DNA of 45,132 nt, from assembly GCF_001194135.2 (NCBI RefSeq), contig NC_068984.1:129486045-129531176 (forward strand), given 5' to 3'. Below are positions 38,365 to 45,132 of this stretch, one piece after another. The position numbers were made by a program, and so were the translations under genes. Source of the DNA: Octopus bimaculoides. Taxonomy: Eukaryota. Numbering within the stretch: the stretch's first letter is position 1; every line of letters starts with the position of its first letter. The notes beneath the pieces are model-generated. The model searched no databases. It was not told the origin of the DNA and saw only the letters and a list, made by a program, of their open reading frames with translations.

Positions 38365-40656
38365 TCACTTGTCTGTATGAATACTTTTGTGTTTAGTCAA
38401 ATTACCATTTAGAGAGAAGGATTTACCACAAACATCACACTGATAGGGCTTTTCACCTGTATGAATCCGTTTGTGCTCAATTACCTGATGTATTCCTGAG
38501 AACGATTTGCCACAAATAGGACACTCAAATGGTTTCTCTCCTGTATGTACAGTTCTGTGTCTACTTAAGATACTACTTTGAGAGAATGATTTACCACAGA
38601 CACCACAGCAATATGGTTTCTCCCCCGTGTGAATACGCTTGTGAGTATTTAAGGAACTACTTACAGAGAAAGATTTACCACAGACATCACAGTGATAGGG
38701 TTTCTCTCCTGTATGAATACGCTTGTGGAAAGTTAAGGCATTACATACAGCGAATGATTTACCACAAATATCACAGTGATATGGCTTCTCTCCTGTATGA
38801 ACACGCATGTGGGTAGTTAAGGCATTACCTGCAGCAAATGATTTACTGCAGATATCACAATGATATGGCTTCTCCCCTGTATGAATACGTTTGTGATTAC
38901 GTAAAATGCTATGGTTAGTGAATGATTTGCCACAGATATCACAATGACATGGCTTCTCTCCTGTATGAATACGCTTGTGAGTAGATAAGGCACTACTTAC
39001 AGAGAACGATTTACTACAAATATCACAGTGATATGGCTTCTCTCCAGTATGAGTACGCTTGTGAGTAGTTAAAGAACTACTTACAGAGAATGATTTACTA
39101 CAAATATCACAGTGATATGGTTTCTCTCCTGTATGAATACGTTTATGTAAACTTACTTTACTTACAGTTGAGAAAAATTTACCACAGATATCACAGTGAA
39201 ATAGCCTCTCTCCAGTATGAACACGTTTATGAGAAGTTAAACCACCATTTAAAGCAAACGATTTACCACAGATATCACAGTGATATGGTTTCTCTCCTGT
39301 ATGAAGACGTTTATGTCTCATTAATGTACCATTCTGTGAGAATGATTTACCACAGGTGTCACAGTTATATGGCTTCTCCCCTGTATGAGTACGCTGGTGA
39401 TTAATTAAGACATAATTATCAGAGAAGGTTTTGCCACAAGTATCACAGGGATATGGCTTCTCTCCTGTATGAATACGTTTGTGCCCAGTTAAGACACTAC
39501 CCTGAGTGAATGATTTACCACAGATATCACAGTGGTACGGCTTCTCTCCCGTATGAATACGCTTGTGAGTAATTAAGGCATTACCTGCAGAGAATGGTTT
39601 ACTGCAGATATCACAACAATATGGCTTCTTCCCTGTATGAATACGCTTGTGACTAATTAAATTACTATCTGTAGAAAATGACACACCACAGACATCACAA
39701 TGGTATGGTTTCTCTCCTGTATGAACACGCTTGTGTTTGTTTAAGTGATCCTTTCGAGAAAATTTTTTGCCACAAATATGACACTCAAATGGTTTTTCTC
39801 CTGTATGTATACGTTTGTGTTTTGTTAAGGTACTATGTTGTGAAAAGTATTTATCACAAATATCACAGTGATAGGGCTTCTTCCCGGTATGAATGACTTT
39901 GTGACTACTTAAGATATTATGGCTAGAGAATGATTTACCACAGACATCACAGTGATATGGCTTCTCTCCTGTGTGAATACGCTTGTGAGTAGATAAGGCA
40001 CTACTTACAGAGAACGATTTACTACAAATGTCACAGTGATATGGCTTCTCTCCAGTATGAATACGCTTGTGAGAAGTTAAGGCACTACTTACAGAGAACG
40101 ATTTACCACAAATATCACAGTGATATGGTTTCTCTCCTGTATGAACACGTTTATGTAAACTTACTTCACGTGCAGTTGAGCATAATTTACCACAAATATC
40201 ACAGTGAAATAGCCTTTCTCCAGTATGAACACGTTTATGAGAAGTTAAACCACTATTTAAAGCAAATGCTTTACCACAGATATCACAGCGATACGGTTTT
40301 TCTCCTGTATGAATAAGTTTATGTCTCATTAATGTAGCATTCTGTGAGAATGATTTACCACAGATGTCACAGCAATATGGCTTCTCCCCTGTATGAGTAC
40401 GCTGGTGATTAACTAAGACATTACTATGAGAGAAGGATTTGCCACAGGTATCACAGGGATATGGCTTCTCTCCTGTATGAATACGTTTGTGTCTAGTTAA
40501 GATACCACCTTGAGTGAACGATTTTCCACAGATTTCACAGTGATATGGCTTCTCCCCCGTATGAATATGCTTGTGTCTAGTGATATGACTACTTGTCCTG
40601 AATGATTTACCACAGATATCACAACATGATGAATTATGTATAACTTTCGGCATCAC
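38365..40656 (-). CDS. C2H2 zinc-finger protein C, 763 aa, 27 tandem fingers
   Basis: Uninterrupted ORF with TGEKP-type linkers. Acceptor paralogous to A and B (exon begins 40942). Confidence 0.95.
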   Translation of the reverse strand: MMPKVIHNSSCCDICGKSFRTSSHITRHKHIHTGEKPYHCEICGKSFTQGGILTRHKRIHTGEKPYPCDTCGKSFSHSNVLVNHQRTHTGEKPYCCDICGKSFSQNATLMRHKLIHTGEKPYRCDICGKAFALNSGLTSHKRVHTGERLFHCDICGKLCSTAREVSLHKRVHTGEKPYHCDICGKSFSVSSALTSHKRIHTGEKPYHCDICSKSFSVSSALSTHKRIHTGEKPYHCDVCGKSFSSHNILSSHKVIHTGKKPYHCDICDKYFSQHSTLTKHKRIHTGEKPFECHICGKKFSRKDHLNKHKRVHTGEKPYHCDVCGVSFSTDSNLISHKRIHTGKKPYCCDICSKPFSAGNALITHKRIHTGEKPYHCDICGKSFTQGSVLTGHKRIHTGEKPYPCDTCGKTFSDNYVLINHQRTHTGEKPYNCDTCGKSFSQNGTLMRHKRLHTGEKPYHCDICGKSFALNGGLTSHKRVHTGERLFHCDICGKFFSTVSKVSLHKRIHTGEKPYHCDICSKSFSVSSSLTTHKRTHTGEKPYHCDICSKSFSVSSALSTHKRIHTGEKPCHCDICGKSFTNHSILRNHKRIHTGEKPYHCDICSKSFAAGNALTTHMRVHTGEKPYHCDICGKSFAVCNALTFHKRIHTGEKPYHCDVCGKSFSVSSSLNTHKRIHTGEKPYCCGVCGKSFSQSSILSRHRTVHTGEKPFECPICGKSFSGIHQVIEHKRIHTGEKPYQCDVCGKSFSLNGNLTKHKSIHTDK

Positions 40657-41295
40657 TTCAATGGAGAAAATAGATCAAATATTTAAAATTTTCCACTGTA
40701 GTTTGAGTTTTCTTCTTTGAGTTACAAGTATATTCCTTACAAGTATTTCCACTTTAATCAGCTATAATCTTCTGAAATCTAATATTCTCAGAACTCTTAG
40801 AAATTCATCCGAGTTTAATTAGAATTCAAACACAAATACTGCTGTTAATCTCAGCTGAGAGCAAGTATTTCAGAGTGATCCTGCCACAGATTTATCATAA
40901 AAGGATTATGTCTCTTCTTTTATGCCAATGTCATCTGTTAATCTGAAATAACAAAGACACAATATAAGATACAAGGGATAGATAAGCATGGAAATTTAAC
41001 AACATTTCTATATTGATAGACAAATTATGTCCTATAAAATTGTATGAAATCTACATGTTTGTAAACTACAGTTACATCTTCACATTGTGTACCGTTATAT
41101 TAAACAACAGAATAATGGACATTAACATTCTTCTTTCATGACAAACACCATTTGTCATTATTCTTTAGCTTCAGATCAGTCCTGATTGAGCAAACTTATG
41201 ATCAAAAACATTAACATATACATATATGCACACTTGTACAGGCATATATTCACATCTGGTGCGTATATGAATATACATATTCACTCATATATGTG

Positions 41296-41340
<45 letters not shown>

Positions 41341-42089
41341 NNNNNNNNNNNNNNNNNNNNNNNNNNNNNNNNNNNNNNNNNNNNNNNNNNNNNNNNNNNN
41401 NNNNNNNNNNNNNNNNNNNNNNNNNNNNNNNNNNNNNNNNNNNNNNNNNNNNNNNNNNNNNNNNNNNNNNNNNNNNNNNNNNNNNNNNNNNNNNNNNNNN
41501 NNNNNNNNNNNNNNNNNNNNNNNNNNNNNNNNNNNNNNNNNNNNNNNNNNNNNNNNNNNNNNNNNNNNNNNNNNNNNNNNNNNNNNNNNNNNNNNNNNNN
41601 NNNNNNNNNNNNNNNNNNNNNNNNNNNNNNNNNNNNNNNNNNNNNNNNNNNNNNNNNNNNNNNNNNNNNNNNNNNNNNNNNNNNNNNNNNNNNNNNNNNN
41701 NNNNNNNNNNNNNNNNNNNNNNNNNNNNNNNNNNNNNNNNNNNNNNNNNNNNNNNNNNNNNNNNNNNNNNNNNNNNNNNNNNNNNNNNNNNNNNNNNNNN
41801 NNNNNNNNNNNNNNNNNNNNNNNNNNNNNNNNNNNNNNNNNNNNNNNNNNNNNNNNNNNNNNNNNNNNNNNNNNNNNNNNNNNNNNNNNNNNNNNNNNNN
41901 NNNNNNNNNNNNNNNNNNNNNNNNNNNNNNNNNNNNNNNNNNNNNNNNNNNNNNNNNNNNNNNNNNNNNNNNNNNNNNNNNNNNTTATTAATTATCATAA
42001 TTATTATTTTAGAAAAAAATAAATTTTAAAAAAATGTTCTTTATTTTATGCAAAGAATACAAAAATTCATAATATACAATAATCTAATC

Positions 42090-42374
42090 CAGGGGTTTTC
42101 AAACTTTTTGACTTGCGAACCCCTTCATATTTCAGGCTTTACCTTAGGGACCCCCTTATAAACGCTTATGAAATTTATACATAAATATTTGCTTAAAATA
42201 ACATATATTTATTTAACAGTATTTAACAAATAGGTTTATTGTCAATTAAAAGATTTCGATTAAAAAACATATATAAAATCAAATTGCCCATAAAAAGTAT
42301 TTGCTGTCCACGGACCCCCTGTCTTGTCCTTGCGGACCCCCTGTGGTCCGAGGACCACAGTTTGAAAACCCCTG
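42090..42374. mobile_element. hAT (Charlie-like) MITE, 285 bp
   Basis: TIR caggggttttcaaact / agtttgaaaacccctg. TSD atctaatc at 42082-42089 and 42375-42382. Confidence 0.9.
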
Positions 42375-42634
42375 ATCTAATCTAATTACTGAGAAAAAGA
42401 AATAGAGAAAACAGAGCTGCATTGCATAATTGGTCAAACATTAAACATGTTTGACACAAGAAAATGTTAGGTCGAGCTCAAATAATAAAAATAATAATAT
42501 ATAGAAATGAGTCAAGCGAAATGTCAATACGAAGAGGCTCTTGAGTAAATAATGGTAAAAAGATTTTATTAATTGTAATAATAATTACAATTAAACCTTG
42601 GGAGAGGCATTATGCCGGTAATACACATACGAAA

Positions 42635-42856
42635 GTAATAATAATTATTATGCTATAAAAGATTTTATTAATTGTAATAATAATTATTATGCTATAAAAG
42701 ATTTTATTAATTGTAATAATAATTATTATGCTATAAAAGATTTTATTAATTGTTATAATAATTATTATGCTATAAAAGATTTTATTAATTGTAATAATAA
42801 TTATTATGCTATAAAAGATTTTATTAATCGTAATAATAATTATTATGCTATAAAAT
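42635..42856. repeat. 39-bp AT-rich minisatellite, about 5.5 copies
   Basis: Unit aaagattttattaattgtaataataattattatgctata. The gattttatta motif recurs at 42661, 42700, 42739, 42778 and 42817. Confidence 0.95.
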
Positions 42857-43532
42857 TTATATGAATATAAATGTTATAAATACAATGAATATTTTAACAT
42901 AAAGTATATGCAATTTAATCAAGTTTAGGAAAGTTAATGAATTTTCACTAGGGTTTTAGGTTTAGGGTTGGGTTACCGTAACCCTAACCCTAATGAAAAT
43001 CGTGCGGGTGTTAATCTGAAAATTTACCATACAATGAATATTTTAGCATAAAATATATGCAATTTTAGCCAAGTATAAGAAAGTTAATGGAATTTAAAAA
43101 GTTGAAAAAAAAATCGATTTCTTTAATGCGTGGCAAGGTTATGGAATTATAATCAAGGCTCGTTTGAACTCGACCCAATATTTTCTTGGGTCAGACGTGC
43201 TTGACCAATAACTTTGAATGGTTCTATCTTGTTAATTATTAACTTTTAGAAGAATTGAACACAATGTTCGTCATCAGCACGCAAAACTACATCTGTTTGC
43301 ATAATTTGAATACAACAGATTGAAAACTGAAAAATCTTCAAGTAGTTGGAATAAAACGAAAATTATTTCACTTTGAATAGACATTTCCTTTGCATGTTTT
43401 ATTACGCTATTTATCATCTTGATATTCCGTGATGTATGAACATCTATTCATGACTACTGTGCCATAATAAATCTTATTTAAACGTTTGCTCTGTGTAGTG
43501 GTGTCGTTAATATGCACAGCTTAAAAGCAGCG

Positions 43533-43760
43533 AGCTGGCAGAATCGTTAGCACGCTGGCAGAATCGTTAGCACGCTGGAGAAAATGCATAGCGGCATGTC
43601 GCCCATCTGCACGTTCCCAGTTCAAATTCCGCCGACGTCGACTATGCCTTTCATCCTTTCGGATTCGATAAAATATGTACAGTTGAGCACTGGGGTCAAT
43701 GTAATCGATGTACCTCCTCCTCGGACCTTTCTAACCTCATACCAAAATTAGAAACCGTTA
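43533..43760 (+). mobile_element. tRNA-derived SINE family 3 with a duplicated head segment
   Basis: gctggcagaatcgttagcac occurs twice, followed by gttcaaattccgccgacgtcgac..gcctttcatcctttcgg. Related fragments at 10195-10345 (-), 20905-21050, 26550-26630 (-) and 43985-44100. Confidence 0.7.
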
Positions 43761-44295
43761 TTAGGCACAGCTTACAGTAAGTTAACAGTCAACTCATTTG
43801 AACAACAGTTGACACTCTGTGGAATGCCGTTGTTCTTGTTTTGTTTCTTTTTTTAAAGTATCTATGTTCCTTATAACATTCAAACACAAAGAAACAACAA
43901 AACAAAAAAGAGATGAAAAAACTAGGTGGTGGTGTAAAGCAGGAGAGGGAGGGTGATGAGCTAGATATCCCAAAACAAATGATGTGCCTTTCGGGGTCGA
44001 TAAAATAAGTACCAGTTGAGCTCTGAGATCGATGTAATCGATTAACCCTTCCAGAAATTGTTATCCTTGTGCTAAATTTTGAAACCAATATTAACCGTCA
44101 ACTCATTTCAGCAACAATTTATGACTTTCGACACAAGAAATGGTTGCCAACACAGGGTGACTTGGTTTTAGATGGGAACGACATATAGCCCTAACCAAGC
44201 ATCCAACCACTCCATCAAACCAGTTACAAACATATCTGCATGTATGTAAGCAGGTAGATCAGGGATTATAATATGGAATATGGTTTTCAACGGAG

Positions 44296-44385
44296 GTAAA
44301 GAATACGTACACCACCAGTTTTCGGCTTAACAAAAAACCCTAACCCTAATCTTAACCCTAACCACCGGGTGTACGTACTCTTTAC
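44296..44385. mobile_element. Small palindromic element with CCCTAA repeats
   Basis: 18-bp inverted ends gtaaagaatacgtacacc / ggtgtacgtactctttac. Partial copy at about 9177-9215. Confidence 0.6.
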
Positions 44386-45132
44386 TTTCGCCAGTGCGAT
44401 TTGAGGGAAATGTGGCTGCAAATTTCAGTGTTCTTCAGCCAGGCAGGTTCTTTAGCATTTGATTATGTAAATGTAACCACGAGAAGTCGAAAAGCTGCTT
44501 GCAAAAATCGCAACAGTAAATGAGATAGATAAAAATAAAAACTTATATCTCAGATATAAATTAAGATAAAGGAAACAGGAAAATCTCGAAAATAGATGTG
44601 AAATAAATGACTAAAATAAATTCTGATTCATTAATGTGCTCTACTAGCAAAACAAAGACTATACGAAACATTTAACTTTAATCTATCTGGATTTATATGA
44701 ATTAAACAGAACACATTTTTTTTTGATAAAGGAAAAGTTTGAAGACTTAAGAAGAAAAACATTAAAGCTTTAGAACGAGCAGAATGGTAACTTACTAGGA
44801 ACGATGAAGATTAAGAGCAAAAGTCTAAGAACAACGATGGTTGATAACTCTCTGGAACAGAAGTTAAGAATAGAGCATTCCATCTGTAAACAAGTTATTG
44901 TTGTTGTTGTCACTCCGTCGCTTACGACGTCGAGGGTTCCAGTTGATCCGATCAACGGAACAGCCTGCTCGTGAAATTAACGTGCAAGTGGCTGAGCACT
45001 CCACAGACACCTTTACCCTTAACGTAGTTCTCGGGGATATTCAGCGTGACACAGTGTGACAAGGCTGGCCCTTTGAAAATACAGGTACAACAGAAACAGG
45101 AAGAAAGAATGAGAGAAAGTTGTGGTGGAAGA

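Noticed and set aside
42635-42856. 39-bp tandem array considered as CRISPR-like
   Set aside because: There are no unique spacers and the context is eukaryotic. It is a plain minisatellite.
42941-43000. Head-to-head TTAGGG/CCCTAA read as a chromosome end-fusion scar
   Set aside because: Only a few degenerate units, and similar motifs recur inside MITEs across the window.

Overview
AT-rich, repeat-dense animal genomic DNA with 12 assembly gaps (~4.5 kb of N). The gene and repeat content points to a coleoid cephalopod, probably Octopus (inference, not database-checked). Left end, minus strand: five N-terminal coding exons (~383 codons) of an ERCC6/CSB homologue that continues off the window. 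The rest holds three tandemly duplicated minus-strand C2H2 zinc-finger genes with no visible effector domain: A has 18 fingers, B has 16 fingers plus a frameshifted tail, and C has 27 fingers. Between them lie tRNA-derived SINEs, RTE and CR1 LINE fragments, Helitron and Academ-like relics, and many MITEs. Several MITEs are confirmed by target-site duplications and by empty sites in paralogous units. Main leads: (1) a putative first-exon/intron block with a GTAAGT donor shared by ERCC6 and the ZNF genes; (2) a relic terminal finger behind the stop codon of B and C whose lesions could all be reversed or bypassed by A-to-I editing; (3) a pair of minimal hammerhead-ribozyme motifs in an inverted repeat; (4) a piggyBac-like N-terminal relic in an ERCC6 intron; (5) palindromic MITEs carrying telomere repeats; (6) repeated independent insertions at the paralogous ZNF 5' ends.
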